Below, piece after piece: positions 1 through 12,875 of a stretch of 64,000 bases of DNA. Position 1 is the first letter of the stretch. Each line of letters opens with the position of its first letter. The notes beneath the pieces were generated by a model. The model saw only the letters and a program-made list of their open reading frames with translations, searched no databases and had not been told where the DNA came from. This stretch comes from Azolla caroliniana (taxonomy: Eukaryota; Plantae; Polypodiophyta), in NCBI GenBank assembly GCA_043228905.1, contig JBHGNT010000008.1, positions 18,848,001 through 18,912,000 on the forward strand, given 5' to 3'. The translations under genes and the position numbers were made by a program.

Positions 1-476
1 GGGTTCTATGAACACTGTTGCATATGCTTTTAGTCGCATTAAAGAAGTTAACATGCTTAACTTCACGGAAATAAAATCTGATCTTTTAGATCACCTTTGA
101 GGGAAATACCTTGATGACACATATTTCTCAAAATACTGGAGGAAAGTCGAATATGGTTTAGATGCCATTACTAGCACCCTCCCCTCGAAGGTGACCTTTC
201 ACATTACAAACAGTTTGCTATATTGTCGTGGAAAGGTCTATGTTCCATATTTACCAAACGTAAAACATAAAATTCTTCATAAATGTCATGATGCACCATC
301 TGTTGGTCATCTTGGAATACAATGCACACTCGTTCTCATCTCGAGCAATTTTTTCTGGCCTAAGATGCGCTCTAACATGCATAAATACGTAACTCAATGC
401 TTACAATGTCAGATTAATAAGTCGGAACGACTTAAAGCTACTAGTCTTTTACATCCCTTAGATATTCCTAATGGGG
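1..476 (+). mobile_element. Ty3/Gypsy pol fragment (integrase zinc-binding region), truncated
   Basis: ORF 191-481 has the integrase HHCC region (CHDAPSVGHLG...FFWPKM...CLQCQINK). It ends abruptly at a junction with a different element at ~477. Confidence 0.85.
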
Positions 477-826
477 CTTGAGTCCTGAGTCGGCGACAAG
501 CCCGATGGGTGCAATTTTTGACTCACTTCGACTTTGTCATCATATATCGCCCTGAAATGCAGCAAGGCAAAGTAGATGCTCTTTCTCGGTGCTCTTATAT
601 GGAACTTCATCCAGGGGAACTTGCTTTCGAGCATAAAAAACAAATCCTTTTGGGTCCTAATCGCCTACAATTAATGGTAGTTAATGCCATAACAATGCTT
701 GAAGATTCCACTCTTCTTGATTCCATTCGAGATCATATGGCCACTGATGAGTTCGCCAAGGATGTTTTGGATCATATCGTCCTAGATCGTGCTTCTTGCT
801 CACAGTCGAAAAACTCTGTAGAAAAT
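477..826 (+). mobile_element. Inverted RNaseH-integrase linker segment of the adjacent Tcn1-type element
   Basis: Colinear with 51570-51890 of the second copy (QFLTHFDFVIIYRP...KVDALSR), but in opposite orientation to the rest of the element at 827-4293. Confidence 0.85.
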
Positions 827-3800
827 GTCAGGTTCTTATGATCGTTGTAAACAATGATCTACTGAGAAGAACCTTCTAGAAAATGTCGCCATTGTTGAAA
901 GAATCCACAGTTGCAAAGAAGTTCTTTGTCATGGATCTCGTAGTTGATCTCTGTAGCCTCAAACTTTCGGGAATGAAAGGCGACAGGGTGTAGCTGTCCA
1001 TCATCTCTAGTCTGTGATAGGACACTCCCTAATGCAAAATCGGATGCATCGGCCTCAAGGATGAAGCGTTTTGTTGGGTCGACATGTGCTAAGATAGGTG
1101 CCATTGTAAACACTCGTTTTAAGCGTTCGAATGCCTAGGCTACATCTGAACTCCATATAAATGGCTGATTTTTGTGTGTGAGTTGAGTGAACGGAAGCAC
1201 GACCTTGGAATAATCTTTAATAAATTTTCGATAAAAATTTGCAAACCCAAGAAAACATTGCACATCACACACTGAAAGGAGTGTTTGCCACTCTAAAATT
1301 GCTTGTACCTTCATGGGGTCCATACCAATACCATTTGATGATACAACATACCCCAAAAATTCCACTTGATTCTAGCCGAAACTACACAGTCTTTTCTAAT
1401 TTTGCGTAGAGACCATATTCTCGGAGTCGATGCAGTATGTGACGAACATGTTCATCATGCTCCTCTTGGGTCTTCAAGTAGATTAGAATATCATCCACGT
1501 AAACTATAGGGAAGATATCTAGAAAATCTCGAAAAATATCATTCATAATATGTTGGAAACTGCAGGTGCATTTGTGAGACCGAATGGCATCATAGTATAC
1601 TCAAAATGTCCATAACGAGTGCGAAAAGCTGTCTTCCATTCATCCCCTGAGCGAATCTGAACTAGATTATATGCACCACGAAGGTCTAACTTTGTGAAAT
1701 ATTTTGCTCCACTGAGACGTTCCAAAAGATTCGAGATTAATGGTAGAGCATATCTATTCCGGATAGTCACTTTGTTTAGCCCTCGATAATCCACGACCAA
1801 CCAAAGAGTCCCATTCTTTTTCTTGACGAAGAAGATAGGTGCGCCCATAGGGGATCTAGAATGTCGAATCAATCCGTTTGCTAGATTCTCATCAATATAT
1901 TCCCGCAAAGACTCTAGCTCTACAAGGGAGAGATTATAAATTGGGCCCCATGGAGGTTCTTTCCCTGGTTGTAAGTCAATAGGGCAGTCGTATGGCCGAT
2001 GCTCTGGCAATGTATTGGCCTTCACCTTATCAAAGACATTTGAGAACTCTTTGTATTTCTCTGGTAGTTTAATGTCCGCTTCATGTAAAGTGAATGATGG
2101 AGTTGCTACTATTGCGAAGACGAACATGGCCTTGTTCCCCCCTTCCTCATGCAATTGTCGTAGAGAGATGGTCGATAACTCAGGGGATCTAGTATCACAT
2201 GTCGGAGAGAGGGATGTGCTTTTTTCCTAGGTCTCCTCAATTGTTCTTTCATCCAAGGGAGACCTAGCACTATTGAGGGTTTCAGACTGCGAATAATGTT
2301 GAAAGAGATTATGCTTGCCAAATCGCCAAGAATTATGCGAATTGGCTCGGACTCCTCGACTATATCTCCTGATGTTATGGGACGGCCATCAATGACTCCT
2401 ACGGCTACTGGGCTTGGGAGATTATTCAAGAGGATGATTGGTGACAAGGCATATTCACGATCCCTGAAACAAGAGTTGGCTCCATAATCTAGGAGGGCAG
2501 AGGCTAGGACTTGATGACATGTAGATGTGGTAAGTTCGACTTGTGTAGAAAAAACTAGACTCACTTGATTTGATGAAATGGAACCACGACTAGGAACTAA
2601 CTCTACATAGCTAGGATGGTCCTTGACCAAATGGCTCCTATTTTGGCCAGACTTACTCTTTTAACACATCCTCTAATTGGCTCAAGACATCGAATCTATT
2701 TTCATGGCATGGACTATGAGGCTTACTTATGTTATTAGAAGTAACAATGGAACTCGAAGTAGGGTTGTCATGGGCACTTGGTATACTTGACGTCTAGGTT
2801 TATGTGGACAATTTATAGCTATATGTCCTGGACCGCCACAATACAGGCATAGGCGATGCGCTCGACGACGTTGCTTCTCAGCATCTGATAAAGGCCCACA
2901 ACGTTGTATTGACTCTATTTCCATCGGAGTTGGGCCATCCTTTGTAATGGGTCTAGAAACTTGTGGAGGCGTTGCGACTATGGAAGCGTAAGTCTGTTTT
3001 GGTTGGTGGCGTAACATTTGTTGGTGTTCAGAACATCGCTCAAATAGGCGATTATCACATCGCATGGCTCGACAAATGGCCCATGTAAGCGACTTCGGAT
3101 CTTCAAGGAAAGTAAGAAGAAGATCGTTGACATCATTTCGCAAAACTTGACGGAATTGATCCATTAAGGTTGCCTCATCCCAAGGGATATTACATGCCAA
3201 GAGATGAAAATCAGCTGCTTAAGCTGACGCGGGATGATCTCCTTGTCGAAGCCTTCGAATCTTTGTTTATTGCTATCCTAGTGTTGTCGATGTCTCCGAA
3301 ACTAGCTTGAAACTCCTTAACAAATGCCTCGAAATCCTCTAGCAACGGCGATTTCTTCTCGAGAAGTGGTGCGAACTATGCTAACGCTGTATTGCATAGA
3401 AAAGTTCCCACTAATCCCACACAAGCAACATTAGTTGGATACCAATTGGGATGTAGCTGAATAACCAGACGAACTTGATTCAAAAAGCCTTGAAATAAAG
3501 ACCTTGTACCATCAAACTTGGCGGGGAGGCTAATCTTTGGTTCTTTAGGGGTGTTTTGAGCCCCTGACGCTTGTTCTCATAATGATTATATAGTTGCCTT
3601 GAGTTGGTGAACCCGTTGTGATAATTCTTCATACTGTTGAGCTTCTTCGGTGCTCACATGTTGTAGGTCTCCAAGTAGCCTTTGATTTTCATGCTCTAAT
3701 GTCACAAATTTATTCGTGAGCATGTCGAGCTCAGAAAGAACACGCATATACTCCTGTTTGCTCACGGACTCCATAGCTTACGAGGGGAGAGGAGAAGGAA

Positions 3801-4293
3801 GAAGAGAACTTGTTAGGGTTTGTGGAAGAGGAAGAAATGAAAAAAATTGGTTCAAACTGTCGAGAGAGAGAGAGAAAGGGAAATATTGTATTGCAAAGTA
3901 AAATGGATTACAAGGAGTAGGAAATAGAGTGCTACAAAATGGCATTGAACCAATTTAGGTTTGGGATGAGTGATAGATTCCTATTTATAAGTAATAGAGA
4001 ACACTCTAGAATATTCTAGGTCATCCTAGAATGTAGAGTAATCTAGAAGGTTTCTAGAGTAATCTAGAAGGTTTCTAGAGTATTCTAGAAGGTTCTAGTG
4101 TATAGAACACTCTAGAATATTCTAGGTTATTCTAGAATGTAGAGTAATATAGAATATTCCTATGATATTAGATTATATATTCTAAAAACTATACATATAA
4201 GAATATTAATACAATGGTTAAGGATTTCACATGTGTACAACAAGGTCGTGGCTTCAAATCCTTTCGAGGCATGATGCGAGTGTCATCATGACA
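827..4293 (-). mobile_element. Tcn1-type chromovirus (Ty3/Gypsy) copy A: 5' LTR, gag, protease, RT, RNaseH; decayed, 3' end lost
   Basis: Gag with coiled coil and CLYCGGPGHIAINC knuckle (3774-2727). Protease LLDYGANSCF (2630-2109). [15 protein letters not shown]...[10 protein letters not shown]...[10 protein letters not shown] (2154-1543). RNase[14 protein letters not shown]...YEIHDKELL. Stops and frameshifts throughout. Confidence 0.92.
3858..4293 (-). repeat. 5' LTR of Tcn1-type copy A (TGTCA...CGACA), containing a heat-shock-element array
   Basis: Homologous to 54119-54546 and 49972-50320. TG...CA termini, a TATA box and repeated nGAAnnTTCn units. Confidence 0.9.
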
Positions 4294-4864
4294 GCAAGCT
4301 GTTCGGAAAGCAAAGTCCAAAGACAAAGGCAGAGAAGTCGGAGATGATGAAGATACCATACGCCTTTGCTGTCAAAAGCTTGATGTATGCAATGGTCCAT
4401 ACCCGGCCAGATATAGGATATGCTATCGAAGTGGTTAGCCGGTTCATGAGCAATCCGGGAAAACCCCAGCTTGAAGGATTCACGAATGCAGACATATGCA
4501 GGAGGAGCCGTATCGTGGCAATCAAGGCTGTAGAATTCCGTTGCACTATCAACAATGGAAGCGGAGTACATGGCAGTCGTGGAAGCCAGTAAAGGGGTAA
4601 TCTGGATGAAGGACTTCATCGGAGAGCTAGGGATACAATAGGAGGAGTTCTGGCTCTACTGCGACAGTAAAAGTGCCATCCACCTTGCAAAGAACGCGGT
4701 GTACCACTCCAAGACGAGGCACATCCAGCGTAGATACCACTGGCTCTGGGAGAGAATAGAAGATCAATTGGTAAATAGTCCTAAAGTCATATAAGTATAA
4801 ATATGACTTAGGGCAACCACTTATGTAGAGGTCATCAGAGTTGTTATTATTATTACTATTGATA

Positions 4865-4904
<40 letters not shown>

Positions 4905-5157
4905 AGCTTTTCTGTTGTAACCACTGGTTGGCGAAGTCATAGAGCTCGAGGTCGCTGCCTTCGAGTCTCGCTTGGTATCCTCTTCTTATAGTGATAGTTG
5001 GAGTCTGTGGGCTCCTGTGGTTTTATCCTATTAGGGTTTTCCACGCTAACATCTAGTGTCTTCTCTTACTGTGTAAGCACATTACTCTCATTGCTATTTC
5101 CCGCTTTCTTCTATTGAGCGTTTAAGACTCGGTTGTGGCCGAGCACTATTTCGCACA
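4294..5157 (+). mobile_element. Ty1/Copia remnant (end of RT/RNaseH plus partial 3' LTR)
   Basis: Translates to IPYA..V.SLMYAMVHTRPDI and RNaseH CDS.SAIHLAKNAVYHSKTRHI. The LTR part matches 59530-59906 and ends CGCACA. Confidence 0.85.
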
Positions 5158-5199
5158 AATCAAACTTGCATCCCTTGCAACCCGACCAATACTCAATTG

Positions 5200-8100
5200 G
5201 GGTTAACACAATTCACCCCATTCAACATGTCGAAAATGTCCCATTTAGGGAAGAAGGCAACCAAACCTACATCAAGAACGTTCTGCATGTTCCTACAATA
5301 ACAAAGAACTTGGTCTCAGTTGGCCAGATAGTCGAACAAGGCATGCAAGTTCGCTTCAACGATGGAGGATGCTTCATCGAAAAAGACGACCGACTCGTTG
5401 CTCGTGGTCGGAGAGAAGGTTGGATGTCATCCTTGACTCTCACGAGATAAACTCGACAATGTATGCCAAGGGCTAGAGAGCCAACACCAATATAGAGATG
5501 TGGCACAAGAGGATAGGCCACATCAATCTCCAAAAACTCAAGGAGTGGTCATCAGACTCCCAACTTTTACCGAAAAGGAAATTGCAGGCATGTGGGAAGC
5601 TTGTCAATTCAGTAAACAACACCGACAACCATTCCCAACGGAGAGGAACGTAACCTAGATGTAATACATTTAGATGTATGGGGACCAGCCCAGACAACAA
5701 CATTCGATGGTTTCCAGTACTACGTAACATTCATCGACGACTTTTCCAGACATACCTGGATCTACCCTATGCGGTAGAAGAGCGAAGTGTTTAGACGCTT
5801 CCAAAAGTTCAAAACCAAAGTCGAAAAGGCAACTGGTCGGCATGTTCGATGCCTTCGATCGGATGGCGGCAAAGAGTACTTCTCTGACGCCTTTACAACA
5901 TTCCTTCGACAAGAAGGAATCCGGCAGGAGTTTACCTGCTAACACACACCTCAATAGAACGGAGTAGCCAAACGCAAGAACCGGCACATACTCGAGGTGG
6001 CAAGGGCAATGATGAACGAGAAACATCTACCAAGGTCTTATTGGGCTAAAGTAGAAAACACAACCGTCTATCTGATGAATCATTGCACAACATTAGGAAT
6101 GGATGATGTTAACCCCTACGAAAAGTTCTATGGGAAGAAACCAGATCTATCCCACGTTAGGATATTTGGTTCAATAGCATATGTAAATATCCCCAACGAG
6201 AAGTAGCAGAAGCTCCATCCCAAGTCGGAGAAATGCATACTCATAGGGTACTCACTCGAGCAAAAAGGGTATAAGTGCTTCAACCCTTCCACCAAGAAGG
6301 TATGAGTGAGTAGGGATGTCGTATTCGATGAGTCGACATCCTGGTATACATTCGAATCAGCCCCATTTGACACAATTGAAACCGAGTTCAACACAGATGC
6401 GGAGGAGGATGATCGACCGAGGCTCACATCAAAGGAAAGTCCAATCTCAACTAGGTTGAGTGGACCACAAGAGCCTCGAAGCAACCAAAGCACATCGCGG
6501 CCAAGTCCAAAATCGGACAAAGGCAAAGGTAAGATGCTCGAATACGAAGTTGACCACCCCGATGACAGTGATTCGGATGTGTCGGCCCTCTCACTAGATA
6601 ATGAATTTAGTCTGCCCATTATGAGGACACTAGGAGAACCATGTCTATCCACCTGAGAGAAGAATGTAGTTAGCTAATTCGGTTACAATGACTATATGGC
6701 ATATCATTATGCATTCATGATGATGGTGGCGATAGTCCAAGAACTAGAAACCTTTTTTGAAGCCGTGAAGGACCCTAGATGGGTCGAAGAGATGAATGAG
6801 GAGATGCAAACACTCTCCAAAAACGAGACATGGGATCTTGTCCCTTCATCACACCACCAAAAGGCAATTGGATGTTGGTGGATCTTCAAGGTAAAGCACA
6901 ACGCCGACGACATTGTCCATCGGTACAAGCCCCAACTTGTGGCAAAGGTCTATGCGCATACGCAGGGTGTCAACAACGAAGAGACCTTTGCCCCTGTGGC
7001 AAAGATGACTACAATTTGAACCGTGATTGCGCTTGCATTAGCAAAAAGAGTGGCTCCTCCACCAAATGGGCGTAAAGAACACCTTTCGCCAAGGCGAGTT
7101 AGCTTGGATTCGGGTCAACTACGCATTTGATTGCTATCTGCCAACTCGAAAAACCTCTCTATGGTCTCAAACAGGCATCGAGAGTGTGGCATTCAAAGAT
7201 AATGGAATATCTTCATTAAATCGGCTTCAACATGTCCAAGTCTAATAACTCTCTATTCATCCAGAGCGACTCAAGAGGACAGGTATTTATCATCATTATG
7301 TGGATGACTTGTTCATAGGAGGAGAGCATTTAACAGATATTGAGCACATCAAGAAGCTCTTCGGCCGGATTCGAAATGAAAGAGATGAAGGAGCTCCATT
7401 ACTTTCTAGGAATAGAAGTAATTCAGACACCAAACGACATCATGCTTTCTCAAAGGCACTATATCCTCAATCTTCTTTACAAATTTGGGATGACACAATG
7501 TAAGCCCGTCACTACCCATCTCGATCGAAATCTAAAGCTAAATGTCGATTCAGGCACAAGAGAGTGTGAGCCAACGCTCTATCGTCAACTAGTTCGAAGA
7601 TTCATCTACCTCACAATTACCTGACCCGACCTGAGCTACCCGGTCAACCTCCTTAGCTAGTTCATGCAAACTTCACGAGACATCCATCTCGACTGTGTTA
7701 AGTGAGTGCTAAGGTATGTGAGTGGAACGATGGCTTTCGACATCCTCTACAGATCAGACACATTGATTTGACTCAAAGGGTATATCAATGTTGATTGGGC
7801 CGGCTACAAAGCCGACTGACATTCGACATGCAGATTTTTTTTCTCTCTCAGGAGCGGCGCCATATCGTGGAGTAGTAAGATGCAGCCGATAGTCGCATTG
7901 TCGAGCACCAAAGCCGAATACAGGGGCACAGACTCACCGCATGTGAAGTCGTTTTGCTCAAGAGAATATTAAAGGATCAAAGCGTTCCCATCAAGGATCT
8001 GATTCTCCTCTATTACAACAACATGAGCAATATTCACCTTGCTCTGAACCCCGTCTTCCATGCTCTGACTAAGCACATCGAAGTGCACTATCACTTCATT

Positions 8101-8806
8101 TGAGAGCGTGTTCTGGCCAAGGATGTCGACCTGTAACACATCAACATAAACCTACAGATGACCGACATCTTCACCAAGGCCCTAGGAGTCAACAAGTTGC
8201 AACAATTCACAACGAACCTAGGTCTTTCGACTGTCAACTAGCCGAGCTTGAGGGGGAGTAAGGAGAGCAAGAGTCCTGAAGACCATTCGAAGCCAAAGTC
8301 GGAGTCGACTCAAAGCTAACCCGGAGACCAGTCTAAACCAACCATCCGACGATCGGAAGTTGGTTAAGTCGAAGCCGATTCAGCCGAACAACTGAATCGA
8401 AGAATCTCGAAGACCGAACCAAACCAATTTTTTGGCGTCCGGAAGTTGCGTTTGAAGGGGCATGTTGAGAATCAAACTCAACTTCCCGTGAGTGGGAACA
8501 TGCTCTAGGATACTCAAGTGTGTGAACACCCCATCTCCTTGTATAGTAACTAGTGTGACATAGAAGTTAATGTCCTATGACACATATTCCTTAAGTAGTT
8601 AAGACACGACTTCTTTCCCAAGAGGCGGTACTAGTGAGAGAACTTAGAGAGAAGGTGACCACATAAGCACCTTCTCCTTCTCTTTGTAACCGTTGGTCAT
8701 TCTTGTTTCCTCGTAATACAGTTTTATGTTTTTCTATAATTTTGAGCTCTCTCTCTCTCCACACACACAGTTCTTCCGCTGCACAGAATCCATCCAATTC
8801 TTTACA
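5200..8806 (+). mobile_element. Ty1/Copia element, 5'-truncated: protease-integrase-RT-RNaseH pseudogene and 3' LTR (8463-8806)
   Basis: Motifs NVLHVPTITKNLVSVGQ, YYVTFIDDFSR, KNETWDLV, and RNaseH NPVFHA.TKHIEVHYHF. PPT TTGAAGGGGCA then LTR TGTTGAGA...TTTACA. Confidence 0.92.
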
Positions 8807-8870
8807 TACACAATCAGAAGCATGGAAAGAATGGAAAAACAAAGATAAAAGGGCAAAACTTCAAATACTA

Positions 8871-9767
8871 TGTTGAGAGACAAGCTCAACATTCGGTGCG
8901 AAGTACGCAGCGTAACCCAATGCGTAGACTGGGTGTGTGAAAAAGTACGCACAATAGGGCTGCATCGGTGTGAAAACCGAAGAGGCTGTTAGAGCATTAT
9001 TCCTCGTAATGGAATAATTTTGGGAGTTTGTGTAGTTGGCTCATTTACGAGCATTCAAGTACTGTCAGTACTTGTGTCAACCCGATTGTCAGGGCTATAT
9101 AAGGTGCTCACTGAGCACGAAGTATGTACAGAACAGAGAATTATTTTGAATTTGATCCATAGTGTCTCTCTCTCTCTCTCCCTCCCTCTCCATCTCCATC
9201 TCTGTGTTTTCTATTTTTACTGAACTACTTTGCGTTTACGCACACGCTTCCACACAACTTTTACATGGTATCAGAGCGCGAGGGTTGAAGTCCTCTGCAG
9301 CCGACAAGAAAACCTTGCGACAAAACAGAGTTGAACAATATGGACAGAGGTATGCGAAGCTCGCTACTGATTGAGAAGCTCGACAGGAGCAACTACGCAT
9401 CTTGGTCGTACAAGATGCACTAGTACCTGCTCGGGCATGGCTACTGGAGTTATGTCGAAGGAGCTAATGATGTAGCACCCGATTCGACACACAGAGATTT
9501 TTCGGCTTGGGAATAGGTGGCAAGCTAAGTTCTCTACTGCTTTGCATCCTATGTGAGCAACCAACTATTGAGCTACATTCGGGATGCCAAGACGCCAAAG
9601 GATGCGTGGGCGAATCTCAAAAAGCTCTTCGCTGTGAGCACTATGGCCAGGAAGCTTCAACTCAGGCAAGAGTTGAGCAATGTACGACAACGAGATATCT
9701 CGGTGGCTGACCACACCACCAAGATCAAGGAAATCTGAGACTCACTCGCCTCAGTCAACGTGAACAT
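8871..9767 (+). mobile_element. Ty1/Copia 5' end: LTR 8871-9265, tRNA-iMet PBS 9266-9277, gag start; cut by an insertion at 9768
   Basis: TGTTGAGA...TTTACA followed by TGGTATCAGAGC. Gag LLSYIRDAKTPKDAWANLKKLF. Sister of 18430-21752. Confidence 0.92.
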
Positions 9768-12751
9768 TGTCGTGAAGATTTTCGGCAATGGTGTGAAAAT
9801 CACATAAAACGTACAAAATCGAGTATGAATCACATAAAACAATAATAGTGAAGATAACATTTTAAATAAGTTTAATATCTAAGTACAAAATGATGGAGAC
9901 CTTCAAGAGCTTTCGAATGCACTTTATTATACGAGAAATGAACAACTAGATGTCAAGATATGAGGGTATAAAGTTTGTGAAAGGAAAAGAGAAAACTGTG
10001 AGATATCCCACATAGGCACGACAAATACGACTCTCATCATATATAAGGTAGAGCAAAAGCTATTATCTTTGTGTCTATGTGTGGAGCATAGAGAGTTCAA
10101 GGTAACTTGAACTAAGAGTGGAGGTGGCGTAGCACTCGTAAGGGTTTTGGCCAACCAAAACCGGTCCGGCGATGGAGCCGACATCCGACGGCCATCGATA
10201 ATCGGGGGCATCTGGCGGCGCATTGGCATCCGGCAGCATTCGACGTCGGCGAGGTGACTGCATCCGACGGATCGGCGCCGGCGAGGGGGTAGCCAGCGAA
10301 CCGACGTCCGACGACTAGATAAATAAATATATAAATATATATACATATACAAGGAGGGCAAGTAAAGATTCAAACCTTACACCTTCAAGTTAAGAGTCAA
10401 TTGACTTACCACTAAGCCAAGATATTTAGTTGAAATTATATTTCTATCATTGTACTTTTACATATAAATTCTCATACATAAGAGCTAAAATGAGTGACAT
10501 GGTTATCATGCACCACATGTAATACATGAGCGCCAAATGGCAAACTTGCATTTTATGCATGTCTTGAACCCTCAAATGCATGAGGGCATCTATAAAAGAG
10601 GGAATGAAAAAGATCAATGGGGGATTTTGGTAATGGGGCACCTATACTAGAGACTTGGGCAGTAGCGTCCGCTAACCAACGTGAGACCCAAGAGACGGGA
10701 GGTGGCGGCGAAGAACCAGAGGTTGAAGCTAAAGAGAGAAGGATAATCGAAGCTTGTTCGATCAAGAGAGTCAATGGGTGCGAGGCCCATGAGATTGAAG
10801 AGATAACCACGAAAAATGACATCTAGTCGGAGAGGGCTATGAACGAGTTAATGGCGATTGGTCCTGTTGAGACTTTTCCATTGCTAACTCCAGAGACTTC
10901 GACGGTTGCGATCGAAAGGCAACGTGAGACCGAAGAGACGGAAGATGGAGGAGAGATAACAAATATCAAAGCCGATGTATATGATGAAGGGATAGCCGAG
11001 AAGGAGGCTATGGACGAAACGACGGAGGAAGGTAATACTAAGGAATCCGACCCACTAATTCTAGAGACTTCGGCGATTGTGTCCGAGAACCAACGTGAGA
11101 CCGGAGAGACGGATGGTAGGACAAAGATAGTACAAACAATGACGACGGCCAAATTTCCTCCACACTCTTTCTAGAGACTTAGGCAATTGCGTCTGAGAAC
11201 CGATGTAAGACCCAAGAGACGGGAGGCGATGGCGAAGAACCGAAGGCCAAAACTAATACATGCGGCAAAAGGCGGAAGCTGGCAGCGAGGAAGCAAAGGT
11301 CAATGCTAATTCGTGCAACGACGGCAAGGAAGCAAAGATCAATGCTGATTCAAGAATCATTAAGATGGAAATGGCTAAGTGCGGCACGAAAAAGGCAAAC
11401 GATGGAAATGTATGGGTCCCTCCACACTCTTTCCGGAGACTTGGGCTTTAACCGATGTAAGACCCAAGAGAAGGATAGTGACGGGGAAGAAGTAAGGGTT
11501 AAAGCTTATGCGTGCAATGACGAATTTGCGCAAAATATGGCAAGGGATGACGATGGCCAAGCGAGCCATGAGGATTTGACGGATGTGATCAAAACATCTA
11601 TCAAAGATACTACTGTGAATGAGTCCAAGTGACTTGAGCAAGGAGACGATCGATACAAAGGCGGAACATTTATGAGACTTAAACGATTATCCTCAGGAAG
11701 GGAGCACTCATGAAGGGAGCAAGGGGCCATGACAACAGGTCATGGTAAAGCAAAGAAAAGACGAATGATATGGTGGATTGGCCGGCAACCATGATTCGAG
11801 TGCAAAGGAAAGGACATGTTGGACGTTGAGGAGTCATGTTGATCACCATTGCCGAAATCTCACTTTCTCTCTTCTTGGCACATCCTGGAGGACGTGCGGT
11901 TTGGTGGGGGTGGATGTCGTGAAGATTTTCGGCAATGGTGTGAAAATCACATAAAACGTACAAAATCGAGTATGAATCACATAAAACAATAATAGTGCAG
12001 ATAACATTTTAAATAAGTTTAATATCTAAGTACAAAATGATGGAGGCCTTCAAGAGCTTTCGAATGCACTTTATTACACGAGAAACAGACAGCTAGATGT
12101 CAAGATATGAGGGTATAAAGTTTGTGAAAGGAAAAGAGAAAACTGTGAGATATCCCACATAGGCACGACAAATACGACTCTCATCATATATAAGGTAGAG
12201 CAAAAGCTATTATCTTTGTGTCTATGTGTGGAGCATAGAGAGTTCAAGGTAACTTGAACTAAGAGTGGAGGTGGCCTAACACTCGTAAATGTTTTGGCCA
12301 ACCAAAACTAGTCCGACGATGGAGCCAGTGCTCCGGCGGCAGCCGTCAAAGCGCCAGTGGCACACCGACAACCAACATCCGGCGGTATCCGGCGTCGGTG
12401 AGGCGACGGCAGCCACCAATAACAGGCGCCGGCGAGGCGATGACATCCGACGGTTAGATAAATAAATATATATACATATACAAGGAGGGCAAGTAAGGAT
12501 TCGAACCTTGCACCTCCAAGTTAGGAGTCAATTAGCTTACCACTAAGCCAAGATATTTAATTGAAATTATATTTCTATCATTGTAGTTTTATATATAAAT
12601 TCTCATACATAAGAGCTAAAATGAGTGACATGGTTATCATGCACCACATGTAATACATGAGCGCCAAATGGCAAACGTGCATTTTATGCATGTCTTGAAC
12701 CCTCAAATGCATGAGGGCATCTATAAAAGAGGGAATGAAAAAGATCAATGG
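9768..12751 (+). mobile_element. Non-autonomous LTR element of the TGTCGTGAAG family: two truncated LTRs (9768-~10620, 11915-12751) around an acidic-repeat region
   Basis: ~850-bp direct repeats starting TGTCGTGAAGATTTTCGG. PPT TTGGTGGGGGTGGA at 11901-11914. Internal E/T-rich repeats (LETSAIVSENQRETGETDG). No pol. Confidence 0.85.
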
Positions 12752-12875
12752 ACATCGAGTTGGCCTTATCCTTCATTACGAAGGCAGGGCCCATTCCATT
12801 TCCGGCTCGTTCCGAGCCTTCCGCATAGTGCGACTTCTGACGCCTTCCTACGTCTCTTCCGCTCGATCCAGCTTG
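12752..12875 (-). mobile_element. Inverted fragment of Copia gag/protease junction
   Basis: Colinear with 20260-20383 of the minus-strand Copia. Confidence 0.75.
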
